This document shows, piece by piece, positions 52,301 to 64,000 of a DNA stretch of 64,000 nt. The translations under genes and the position numbers were made by a program. How positions within the stretch are numbered: the stretch's first letter is position 1; each line of letters starts with the position of its first letter. Source of the stretch: Balanoglossus misakiensis (Eukaryota > Animalia > Hemichordata). The stretch spans positions 5,964,791 to 6,028,790 of the forward strand of contig CM082596.2 in the NCBI GenBank assembly GCA_040954595.2, in the 5' to 3' direction. Under the pieces are notes generated by a model. It was not told the DNA's origin. It saw only the letters and a list, made by a program, of their open reading frames with translations, and did not search any database.

Positions 52301-54820
52301 ATTGACTGGATGTGGAATTTTTGAAGTTTGTTCCATAGTTAGTAATGCCATGTCTGTATCTTCCCCCTTCCAACGTGTATTTCACCAGGAGTTTTGACTG
52401 TCAATGCTCCCATCATTTTATAATGTGTAGTTTGTAGGTCATTGCAAAAATAGAGCGAGATCGAACGTGGAGAGATGGACGCTGGAATCTATGAAACTGC
52501 TTGTTTTGAGAATGAGATCCAATATGGCTGCCACATGGCGGCCATATTGGATCTCAGATATGTTCCACCACTGTTTATTCATTTGACATGCCACTATGAA
52601 AGATATTTTAATACTCCAAGTTGCCAAAATACAAGCGATTTTCTTACCTGTCTGACTTTGTGGCTATACATCTGATTTGTAGGTTTGTCAGGGACCAACT
52701 TGTAGGCTTGGGCTTGGCCAGTGGAGCAGGCACTTTCCCCTAGAGACCAAACGTGTTGTAGAATTTAATAGGAAATCTTTGAATATTTTTCAACATAGTA
52801 GTCAGGCACTTAACTTATTTGCAGACTTGCTAATTCTGTCGGTGGAAATCCTAAAACTTGTCTGAATTTTACATCAGTGTGTCATTTACAGTGACAGACA
52901 TAAAAGTAGTGGAGTCCTCGAGGCCCAATTTTTTACATCTCGCAATTTACTGCAACTCTGTTGGAAATCCAAATCTCAAATCTGTAGTGTTCAGGAATTC
53001 CTGCTGACGATGAAAATCATTTGAAATAGGCTTTTTTGTAGTGATGCTGCACGACAAATGAGAACTCCGCCATTAATATGTCATAGTGCCACTGGGGGTT
53101 ATTCACAAAATTCCACCCTTCTGGGAGTTTGTATTAAAATGCAAACGTGTTTCCTGTACTTGTCAAAAATCCAGTCTACCCTTCTGTTCTAAAATTATGT
53201 GAAAAAAATGTGTGTTCTGTCAGTTTTGTGCCTAAATCAGGTATTGTTGAAAGAAAGATGCAGGGTTCCAATTTTCAAGCCCTTCTTCCTCTGGGACAAA
53301 TAACAACCCAGAAAGAAACCAAATGTCCTCTCTCTTTAGAGACAGCTCTTGCAGAGATAGAGGAAATTTTCTGGTATTTTTGATCAGCTGTGCTGTAGTT
53401 TTCTATCAAAACGTTCTTATGTTACAGTGTATTTCACTGCATGGAAAACTAGATGTACGCAATGCAGCCAGTTTGTAAGTTTTGCTACACACACTTAAAA
53501 AACTACAACTTTTTCTCTCCGATTTCTGTTATGTTCCCTATAATAATGAAACTATTTTGTTCTGTATTCATTACTTACCAATTATGTCTTTTGATTGTAG
53601 GTCCATGTCTTTAAGGCCAGTACCAATTTCTTGTATTGAGGTATGCCACCAGCAACATTGTTCTCAAGCTGCTGTTTTGACATTTTTTCCCCCTGAGATC
53701 TTCAAATGTTAGCATGACTTGACAACTGTACTGATCAAAATAGCCATGTACTGTTGTATGGATGTGCAATATATATACATATATATATACAACTATATTA
53801 AATGTTTTCATGCCAGAATAATGGTCTGTGTTCTTCTTTTGCCTACCCCCCTCCCCTCCCCTCAGCATCACAGCGGATATTGCGTGTACGAACACACATC
53901 ACTCCTACTAGAACTTTGGTTTCTACCAATACTTCTTTTAGTGTGTTCATTCTTTGGGTTCACCTTGTAATTAATTCAAATGATATAAAAATCCTTGGAT
54001 TTATTTCAAGTGCGCAGAGGCATTACAAAATACTTAGGCAAAAACGGCGGCAGTTTTGGTCGAGAAAATAAATGATCACACCAGGGATCTAGTAGCAATG
54101 ACAAATACCACATAAATTATGTACTACCAAATTACTGATTACTCCGATGATGCTAATTTCTTTGACAAATCATACATCCATTTATGTACTGCCAAGAAAG
54201 TATGAAAACAAAATACCAGAACTTTGCAATAAAAATAGTGAAAATAAATTTGTACAACATACAAAAATTATTTTAAAATAGCAATGTCATAAAAAGTATC
54301 ATGTGGAAGAATCAGAGATGGCATTGTATAACATGTATTTCAAATCGAATTCAATACGAAAATACCGATAGATTATTGCACTTGCATGGTACATACCTTA
54401 ATAACAACAACTAACTATACACAGCATCATTTTGTTGAGATTTATGCCTATATACAGATCACACTGTGGGATTATGCAAATTACATGTATATGCATAATT
54501 GCCATGTTGCCTCTCTTGATCATTGGGTACCACATGTATGTGTTGTGCCAAAGTGCAATCCTGCAATTGCCTTGTCTAGATGACAGTGAATCTTCTCATC
54601 AACAAAGGCCAAGTCATCTATTGCAAAACTTGAAGATAAGCCAAATAACATGGCCGCACTCTCTCATTCAAAGCTCTGAAGGTTACCAATCTAGAAATAT
54701 CTTCATTCCAGGTAGCATGCTCACTATTATTCAGAATCGGAATATACAGACAACCATTGGCTGTGGGCCATATCACATGACATGTACTCTCTTCACCGAG
54801 TGGCTAGCTCAATGTGCCAC

Positions 54821-57800
54821 TCACTTCCTGAGGTATTTCTTATGATGCTGATTGGTGGGGTGGTTGACTGACATTAGCACTGCACTGTACAACAGCAGTG
54901 AATTTTCTGCAGCTGAAAATAAGAAATGAAGATTTTTCAGAAAACAGACTAAATATGGCAAAAGCTGCACTGTTCAATGTGCTTGCCATTGTTGTGTTCT
55001 GACACGGGTATGATGATAATGAAGAAACAACCTAGGATAAGTCTTTCATCTAACGGCCTAGCCTTTCCATCCACCTTGACCTCTGTTACAATCCAATTAT
55101 TACTACTGAAGACTCACCTGTTATTTCTGTTGATATGTGGATCCAGTCTGTCAGCCATTTGGCTAACGCATCCATATCTGCCTCAGTGCTGTCCAAACCT
55201 CTCTCATAACAAACCTACGCCAAATACATGTAAAAACATATAAATTCATGTAGCTGTTTAACCCTTTTAACCCCTGTTCCCTCTTTAGAGGTCCAAACTT
55301 ACGATAGAAAACAAAGGGTTTGGACTGAACCATGGTGGTGAAAGGGTCAAAATGGACTATGTTTACAAAAATAAACCATGATACTAGAAATATATTTTTA
55401 ATTCTCTAACAATATTATCTTATGAAACGTGCATATTGGAATCTCAGTACACTCTACCTTCTAAGGTTATTCCCAGACTGTGATCTTGGGGACAAATCTA
55501 AAGTTGCAATGTCTTAAAATTACCGGGACCAAAGTAGAAATACAGTCTATATGCACATTGCCAATTCTCACCTTTACGAGGTCCTCTAGTGAGAGCGTCT
55601 CGAGTCCCTCCTTCTTTATTGCCATATCCATGAAATGGATCTGTCCGATGCAAACATTGAGTCGTTTTCTGAGAAAGCCCGCAGGCTGAAAGTATGGCCA
55701 CATGGAAAATACCCGACACAAGGATTTCTGAAAGACAGAACATCAAAAGTAAACCAGTGCAACATTCTATATGTTGACTTGAGCATTCCTTACCCTTAAT
55801 TTTATGGAAGTCTACCTACTCGCATGTTGACATGGCTGTGTGTATTATCACGTAACTATATGAACATCTTATTGTAGTTATGATATGTATTTATTTGTAT
55901 ATTGCCAAAAAAAAATGGCAACACACATAGTTCACTTACCAGTTGCTTCCTTGGTAAAAACCTAAGAGAAAATCTTCCAGCAAATAATTGTTTGATTTCA
56001 AGTAAATCTTCTGGTCTGACAGGCTCCTGTGATTTCAGCTGAGGGGATAGATTTAGCAATGATATGATTGAAGTATCAAATGAATCAATTTTGTAACATT
56101 TGCTCTGATTGGTCACACCATATGGCAAGTTAGTATCATATATTAAAACAGGAAATGTCATATCACAACTCATGGTAAGCAGCATTTGTCAAAATTCACA
56201 TGCCCCACATGTCATAGTAAGTTTCACTTTATATATGCCTAGTGAGTTTCATGTATGATAATGTTATCCATCACATGTAAATTACACATTACAGTACACT
56301 AAGCAAGTATCACACACACGCATATACGCACACAAACCCACCTTGGCTAAGACAACTGTAGCACCATCAGCTATACTAGAGTCATGTAGATTTGACATCT
56401 TACTCTCAAGGTATTTCAGAATTCCATCATAGTGTATCACTCTCCGATGGTGATTCAAATGATGGAATGGTATTCTCTGCTCTGGCTGGTAAAATTGATG
56501 AGACAAGAGGTATCTCGGAAATAAATATCTGTGAATCATAATGGATGAAAGACGATATTAGATGAATTACGCATTGTTTACAAGATTCCCCAGTTATTAT
56601 TCTTTGTCTCCAATTGCCTGCCTACCTGTCACCAAGATGAATCAGGTTGATGTGAGCGCCCTCAATGGCCATTGTTACAGATTCCAATACAGTCAAACCT
56701 GTCTATAGTGACCAGTCAAGGGACTTTCCTAAACTAGGTTTTATACACAGAATTATCATGCACTTATTATTTGTTATTGTATACTTACAGAATTGGAAGA
56801 GCGATGTAGAACCAGAAAGGAATCGGCAAGGATAATAGCACTAGAGTTGGCATAACTGTTCTCAAATCTCTGATCATCTGGGGAGACATAAGACATGGTG
56901 GTACATTAGTAAATCTGCAGTAATAATCATCACATTCCAAGTTTGAAATGGAACGGAAAGAATTTCTCCTATTGTAATGACAGTCCATATTCATCGAAAC
57001 TGGTATTCTTTACCAATATGACAAAATAGCTTTGAATTGTATTTTAAACCAGGAAACGTCTTATCTCTTTTCATCATTTGATTTGTCCAAAACTTACCAT
57101 TCTCACAGCATACATTTCCCGCCATGTCAACTCCGGGTATGGCGTTCCACTCCGGACTAACTTACGGATGCGCATTCCTTCCTTGCCGTCTCTATATAGT
57201 TGCTTAGTACCTGTAATTGGAAACACATCCTAAATTATCATCACATTCCTACATATATTTGATATGAAACGCAATTGACTGAAGTTTCTGCCATGCTGTA
57301 AAGTGTAAAAAAATCGACAATATTCACCTTTGATGAAGACTGTTGTGACTTTGTGAAGAAATGGGAACCTCTTGAGGGCATTCATGTAGATGACTTCATA
57401 CTTCTCGTACTGTCTGCCCATCCATCCAGACAGTCTGGACTGTGATTCAGTGTTCTGTGCATTGCTGCTGTAATTTATACAACCGGCACAGCGGTACGGT
57501 AGCCGATACTGTATTACAGGCCGGACTACACTGAAAGAAACAAAAATTTGAACGAACTTTTACAAAGGTGTTGACTGATATAATCTGATGAAACATCATT
57601 GCATGACTTCACTCGGACTGCATGAACATGTCTAAAGATATTAAACAATGTATGTTCTGCTTGTTAATAAATCTGTATCAGTTATATAATAAGTAATGCA
57701 TGGTCTAGTCATACAGTGGCTCAACTGACAATTGACCTTTACCATACTAACATCCCCTTTACAAAATGACTGGCAATTTGTCGTACTCTGACCTTGTTTT

Positions 57801-58331
57801 CTTGAGTGAAAAATATTTTCTATAATTTGGGCTAAGTTTGGCATCATTATTATGTGATTTTTCACGTCAAGAATGGCTGGCTGTGGCTGCACGTACGTAC
57901 CACTGCCCAACTCCTGGCGGCCAGACAGTGCTGACAGTGCTGGTGTTTTTTGATATTTTAGCAGTGCACTGTCACTCCAAACCCAGGACTGTGGCCCATC
58001 ACTTGTGGGACATACAGTATCGTAGCTAGCAATGTGTAGTCCGAAGGTTGTGGTCAAACGATAGAATTAACCCAGAATCGAAAGAGAGACACTGACAACA
58101 GGCAACTGTACTGTACAGTGTACTGCACGTGCCACCATGGTGACACCGGACCCGGGACACTGACAGGCAACCACAGCTTGGGCCTGACAATCAAATGACT
58201 TAATTTGCGATCGTTTCAATAATTCTGTCTGTTATGTTGTCTTCAGTTACTAACCTGCTACTGCGATGTAAGGCCTGAACCTGGCACGCGAAAAGACCGG
58301 CTCGCCACACTTCTAGCCGGCTCAGCGCCAT
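54821..58331 (-). CDS. LETMD1: LETM1 domain-containing protein 1, mitochondrial
   Basis: Nine phase-consistent exons: 58331-58255, 57530-57328, 57210-57098, 56877-56789, 56528-56342, 56038-55940, 55727-55572, 55214-55118, 54912-54821 (370 aa). Arg-rich presequence; VFIKGTKQLYRDGKEGMRIR..LTWREM..IRDL..LLSLPIPF..YLFPRYLLSHQFY, IHFMDMAIKKEGLETLSLEDL..CYERGL, ENSLLLYSAVLMSVN match recalled LETMD1. Confidence 0.92.
55258..55350. mobile_element. piggyBac-like MITE, copy 5 (reverse orientation), in a LETMD1 intron
   Basis: TTAACCCTTT...CATGGTGGTGAAAGGGTCAA, with the same core as the other copies. Confidence 0.8.
56688..56760 (+). mobile_element. Truncated Tc1/mariner-pogo-like terminus
   Basis: TA-CAGTCAAACCTGTCTATAGTGACC resembles pogo/Tigger-type ends. 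No partner TIR was found. Confidence 0.35.
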
Positions 58332-58467
58332 CTTGCAGCAATGGTGAAGAGCGCCCTCGTAGTGAACTTTTCGTGAACACTCAGGTCATTCTCAGGTCAC
58401 CAATGAGGTCACCCAGCAAAGGTGACCCGAAGTGGCCCACAACCAAGAACTTTCACCAGTCCATGTA

Positions 58468-59139
58468 TTAAAAGGACAAAGTCTCTCTCTTGCTGCCCTT
58501 TTCCCATTAAGTATGTTCGATACAAGACACCATTGATGTTAAGTACATGTGAATACATGTATATATTGAATCAACGTTCAACCACAAACAACTTCCATCC
58601 TGCATATAGATGTGAGAGTAAAAATCTCGCCAAAATGGTAAACACTGATTATTCATTTTTGGCTACTTTAGATTATTCATTTCTTGCCGAAAATAATTTT
58701 TCATTTACTCATTATATTCGGGGGGAGGGGGGGGGGGGTCTTTTCAAAATTGTCTTAAAATTAAGACTTTCAAAATGGCCGCCAAATTTGAGGTTCAAAA
58801 TGGCCGCCTATATCTGTGCTTAGTCTATGGCATTCAAAATGGCCGCCAAATTTAGTGACTTTGAAAATCTCTATGTTAAACATTATGTAGAAATTTTACT
58901 CATAGTTCAACCACACACACCTTCCATCCCACTTGTAGACGCGAGAGCAACATGAATATTCGGTGTTTACCATTTATTCATTTTGGCGAGATTTTTACTC
59001 TCATATCCTACAAACGTGATGGTTGAATGTTGATTCACTATATATCCCAATGTGCATTAGCATAGACAGTGTAGTGAATCAAACATAATAAATAGGAAAA
59101 GAAGAGTGAGAGAGTGAGTGAGAGACTTTGTCCCTTTAA
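58468..59139. mobile_element. Non-autonomous TTAA-flanked DNA transposon (Kolobok-like) just upstream of LETMD1
   Basis: Left end TTAA-AAGGACAAAGTCTCTC; right end GAGAGACTTTGTCCCT-TTAA (16-bp TIR, 1 mismatch, purine termini). Longer imperfect subterminal inverted repeats at ~58560-58640 vs ~58978-59045; three CAAAATGGCCGCC copies inside. Confidence 0.75.
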
Positions 59140-59756
59140 TGCTGACAAACTGCCAGAGAAGACCTGAAAGAAAATGTATTTTACATGAACGAAGGTGTAT
59201 AGTTTATTTGTTGCAAATGTGATAGGGGTCTAACGGGGGTGGGGGTGCCTTATACCCGCATATGCAAGGAGTAAACGTAAGGGTCAAGATGATAATAAAT
59301 GGTCAATGCGTCATATTAGCGACTAATTAGCACTTTGAAATCACGCCAATATTAAAAGGTTAACGTATCTGGGTTAATACAATGTTTACTGTAATCACTT
59401 CTATCGGTGAAAAGTCGATCATCATCTCTGCTTCACATTCACCTCATCTCTGTTTGGATTTACTAAAACTTTAATATTTTAAACATACACTTAAGATTCC
59501 ACAGTCACAAATCATTCATTAAATTAATGGACATTTTTCGCGTTACACAGTTAAAGTGTTCACACGGTCTCCTTGGAAACTGACCGGAGGACGGGTCGCG
59601 CGGTTGGTGCCGGCGCCTGTATGAAGTTGAATATTAAACGCTGTGTAAGAAATTCTTTAGGAAATTGCACAACTTTAAAAAGGGGTGAAAGAGGTGTGAC
59701 CCTGAAACGCGTCATTTGCTACGTTGATCTTGGACCTGGGGTATAGTCTGGCTAAG

Positions 59757-59917
59757 CTATATAGAAGGGCCCGAACGTCATCTTGGTTTTTTTTATCGTC
59801 CATTTATTATTTGTGAAAAGAAAACTTCCTCGGTACATGTAAACGTGGAAACCAAGGTACTGTTGACGACAGCTGAAGAAATTACTGCAAATATGCAGTC
59901 GTTCCATTGAGGTAAGT
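59757..59917 (+). promoter_or_regulatory. TATA-like box and candidate non-coding first exon of the right-edge gene
   Basis: TATATAGAAG at ~59758 and donor GAG|GTAAGT at ~59911. A second candidate first exon (GC box ~60869, CCAAT ~61075) ends at AAC|GTAAGA ~61159. Confidence 0.4.
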
Positions 59918-62900
59918 AACACCAAGACGGGGAGGGGGGGGTCACTCTAGTAATACATGTATTAACCAATTACATTCGAACTGTAATAAAAAGGTGCTGA
60001 CGATACTTTAAAAGGTTAGGCCCTACAATCCAATAACATCAGGATCATGCCTCCGTCAAACGACTTTGAAAAATCTGTTGCCCAAGATCATTCAGCGTAT
60101 CCTATTTTGAGAAATGGAGTGCAATTATTTTTGATTGGCGATATTGCGATTATGATACACGATATACATCAGCTGTCAAATAAGCCAGATATCAGCGATT
60201 GCGCAGTCTGGTCCCACTTTTTCCCCTTCTCAACGCAATGGAATGTTTACATTATAAAATGTATATAGATTATGTATTGTAGGAATTATTGTTGGCAAAC
60301 AAGCAAACACTCGTGGTGATTAAGGGCACCCCTTTAACATTTTTCACGGTGTAATCGGTTGACATGTGCACAAAGATCTCGAATAATTTGCAGTTGATGC
60401 TAATGAACAAAAATTGCGAGTAAAAACAACAACAACACCCGTTTCAAAAGTTACCCGCAAAATTGTGATCGCCATCTGCGATCATCATGAGTTGTGTAGT
60501 GGGAATAAATCTAGCGCTGTAATTATGGTATTAGGGTTAATTTAATTAAGTTTTAGTCTTGGTGGAAAAGCAAAACCACAGGAGACAGCCGAACTTATGT
60601 GCCAAGTTCGCTTATGAAGTGTCTCTCAATTGTTGTTTTTATAATTAAAACAGTTTCTGTCACTATCATTGTACCAGCACATGCATTTATGATAGGTCGT
60701 CATATCCTGAGTACATAGGCTGGTGGTCCCCCCTTTAAGGCACTTCACCTAAATTGAATAAATACCCCTATATTCTCATTGACGTAAGTCCCGATCATCA
60801 CAACTTACTAGTAACCTTTGTTCAAGACACGCGTCACCGTAAGCGTTTGCCGGTGACTACACAATGGAGGGCGGGGTCGTGTAACAATGGAAGACGACGA
60901 GCGGTCGGCGAAGCTCTAACGCCGGAGTACAGGGAAAACAATAACAATAGGCCTAAACAGCGAAAGTGATAAACGGTGCAAAATAAACCACCATCGAAGT
61001 TGGATTACAGGCGGGAGATGTGGCCAGCGGGTCCCTTGTGATTCCACCCGAAACCTCTCTTTCTATTATCACAACCAATTCAGATCAGTCGATTCAAGGA
61101 TCGATAGTTTCAACGTTCACGACAAAGACGGACATCTCTGCTACTTAACTTTCAGAAACGTAAGATACTTTCTATTTCATGCCTAGGCATTTTCATCGCC
61201 AGTGAGTGCGGTATAGGCACATGGGTGTATGTCCAGGAAGCCGACAACTTATATTTTCAATGGTGAAATGGAGCGTAAAACTCTAACTTGGTATTGGATT
61301 ACAATGTACTATATAGTATACAAAAATACGTACTAAACATGGCAGATTTCAATATACAGCTAATAACTCTGCGAAAGTAAGCGAATCTTTACACATGATA
61401 ACAGGTACCAGTGGGGTTACAGCCAGACTGGGAAAAGCCATTTATTCGACGAACACACCAACGCCACCCTTGACCGAGAGTAAGCGACAAAAAAAAATTG
61501 ACGCAACCACTGACCACCACATGACAATAGACTTCCTGTCGCAAGTAACGAAGATGTTATTAATTAAATCACTTAAAATTAAATTGGAATTAGGTACAAC
61601 CTTTGACATCATACGATATACGGGTGGGCTCTTCGGTTACAATACAATGTAAAAATGCATGCGTCCTCGTCACAGGTAACTATAAGCCAGAGTTTAATTT
61701 AAAACTGCCAACTTTTTGACACTTTGCACTAAACTTAGTTTTCCAGAAATAAATCTGATAGCGAAAAGACACATAAATTTTAATGACAATCTAATAATAT
61801 TGTGACGCGCTTTCTTTGAACTTGAATTGTCTACCAGCATATGTTGTCATATTCATGATATTCATCAGGCTCCGTACCATTCAATTGTTATATTCATATG
61901 TAAATGATCGATGAGTTGAGTAACTTGCATCGAAAGTGTCCCAGAGAGGCAATCCCGAGCAGGACGTAAGAGCGACGACAGGAACCCTCACTCTGTGCCG
62001 TTACTAAGGACACTGCTCAAATACCTGGAAATAATTTTCCGTGGAGAGATAATTTCGTGTGAAGGTGGGTTTTTTGTGATACTTTGAGGCACTTCGCTGG
62101 TTATTTAATGCGGTGCATCGTTCAATATGTCAGTCAACAGGTGATCGATAAATGAACTATTAATTTGAATCGAGCGGATGAGTTCAAATTATCAAAAACA
62201 TATCATTTTATGCCGAACTTTTGAGTCACGGCAACTCGAGTTTATTCCGGAATTTTTGAACATGAAGAGGGGATTTTCACGAGCCAAGCTCAAATTTATG
62301 ACGGGAGCGGTGCCCTCTCGATAAAAACGAATTTCGTCCGCACATTTCCAGTGCACCAATGTGTGGTCAAAACTGCAGTGAATGTAAAGTTAGCATCATA
62401 ATCTCTTGCTAACTTGTGCATATAGCAATCTCGATCGTCTTCTGGAATTGTTAGTTCTAACATTTTACCCCCATAATTTTAAGACTGAAGGTCGTCGACG
62501 TGCCTGGACGTGGACATCGATCATGTTATATTTTACTTTGAAGAATCAATCGAAATATAATTCTGCAGGTTGGATTTATATCAAGTAATGACACTGTTTG
62601 ATAAAATTTTGTAAATGTATTTGTGTAATTTGGGATTGCGAGAAACCAGCGGCTAACTATAAGTGTCATTTTGTTTTATTTGCTCGACTCTGTTTGAAAT
62701 AGACCTCGCGTGAAACGAGGTTGTATATTTTATTTTTAAAACCAATTAGACAGAAGCGGTTCTGAATTTGTAATAAGACCTTGTAATGCAGAGGACTCAA
62801 TGCTATTTTTTTTAGAAAATACCCTTAGATCAACATATGCACAATTGAAAACAACAATGATAAAAACAGACAATCGGAGAAAATCGTTAATAAGTCTCCT

Positions 62901-63562
62901 AATGCGGTACATTTAGATGCGATTATAATCATCTGGGATATTGTTTTGTCTATTAAATAAATGTGTATTATTGCGTAATTTTGTTTTGTAGTAAAATACA
63001 AACAAGCTGACACCGGTACCAGCAATTTAGTAAGGGTAAGGTCTGACCTTTGACAGAGTATGTTTGACAGATCGCAATGCATAGCTCATGTCACTTGGAC
63101 ATAAACACACAACTCGTAATAGTATTCAACAGCAGATGAGAAGGCCCTATTCCCCGACAGATATGTCATATGTTATGCTTTTAAAATAGGAACATTACCT
63201 CAAATATCGAATTCATTTAACTTCTCCGACAGACACATATGTTACATGTTGTACTTTAAAAATAGAACTATTTCCAGGATAACATATCAAGTATACTAGT
63301 ATATCGATAAAATGAATCTGATTCGCAGATCATATACTGCCATACCGATGATTTGTGAAATCCCGAAGGGGAAAAATCAGCTAGTCAACAGCTTGATTAT
63401 GTTTACAACCAACCTCCACATGTCTTAAGTTTACTAGATTTGAATTACATTAAATTGATATCATGAACGGAGGGTGTGGTGTTTCTGCTTGTAAAGGGCA
63501 GAACGGACTATTTTATCTGACTCGGTTACTTTCACGTGCATGCGCAGAAAGCCATCACGACA

Positions 63563-63713
63563 ATGAGGGACATTTTGGCGAAGAGCATCCTGGGGGCCAT
63601 GCCGGACGAGGAGAAGGTCCACCTGACAGACTATATCAAGTCGGAGAAAGATTACGAAAGTCGCAAAGACGGCGGAAGGGAGAAAGTGGATGAAGACAAA
63701 GAACTTATAGAAG
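63563..63713 (+). CDS. First coding exon of an unidentified gene that continues beyond the right edge
   Basis: Acceptor GCAG|AAAG at 63547/63548, ACAATGA start, peptide MRDILAKSILGAMPDEEKVHLTDYIKSEKDYESRKDGGREKVDEDKELIE, donor AAG|GTAAAT at 63713/63714. GC-rich and codon-like against AT-rich flanks. Confidence 0.65.
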
Positions 63714-64000
63714 GTAAATTTTCTCCCAGTCTGTTTTTAGTGTGTCTGGCTCAGACAAAGGTACCGCACATGGCTTTGCCGTTTTCTATCATGAGCACGA
63801 TTGGAACTACTCTGTGATAATGAAATCTCGATTATTTTATCAAAAATTGTTCAAACATTTGCAATTTTGCAGTATGTATTTTTATGTACAAAACTGCAAT
63901 TCTAATATATGTGCTTTAAAAATTAGCAAAACTGTCAATGCAGTTTTATAGAATTCATTTTATATAAAACGATTTTCTGGATATCTTATATTATCACACG

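Noticed and set aside
50279-53771. miRNA seed matches CAGTATTA (miR-8/200, 50279) and GTGCAATA (miR-92, 53764) in the CSRNP 3' region
   Set aside because: Single 8-mers in 5 kb of AT-rich sequence are not significant without conservation data.

Overview
Intron-rich eukaryotic DNA from an animal genome, probably an invertebrate deuterostome (inferred from vertebrate-like gene content and repeats typical of marine invertebrates). Exons were assembled by eye from GT-AG sites and reading-frame phase. Left to right: (1) the 5' part of CFAP65/CCDC108 (minus, runs off the left edge); (2) a complete vertebrate-type N-acetylglutamate synthase NAGS (plus, 11 coding exons, ~598 aa), preceded by ~14 kb containing several candidate promoters, small non-coding exons and uORFs; (3) a multi-exon coiled-coil gene resembling FAM186A/B at both ends (minus); (4) CSRNP/Axud1 (plus, ~802 aa); (5) LETMD1 (minus, 9 exons, ~370 aa); (6) the first coding exon of an unidentified gene at the right edge. 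Mobile DNA includes five copies of a ~92-bp TTAA piggyBac-like MITE, a ~1.47-kb Helentron/DINE-1-like element with 239-bp internal repeats carrying nuclear-receptor DR1+DR4 motifs, and a Kolobok-like element next to the LETMD1 start. Best leads: an apparently ancient FAM186-CSRNP-LETMD1 microsynteny matching human 12q13, an invertebrate FAM186 homologue with a cilia-type promoter, and a possible spliced-uORF/multi-promoter control region for NAGS. No wholly new system can be proven from sequence alone. Comparisons with human proteins are from memory and need BLAST/HMM confirmation.
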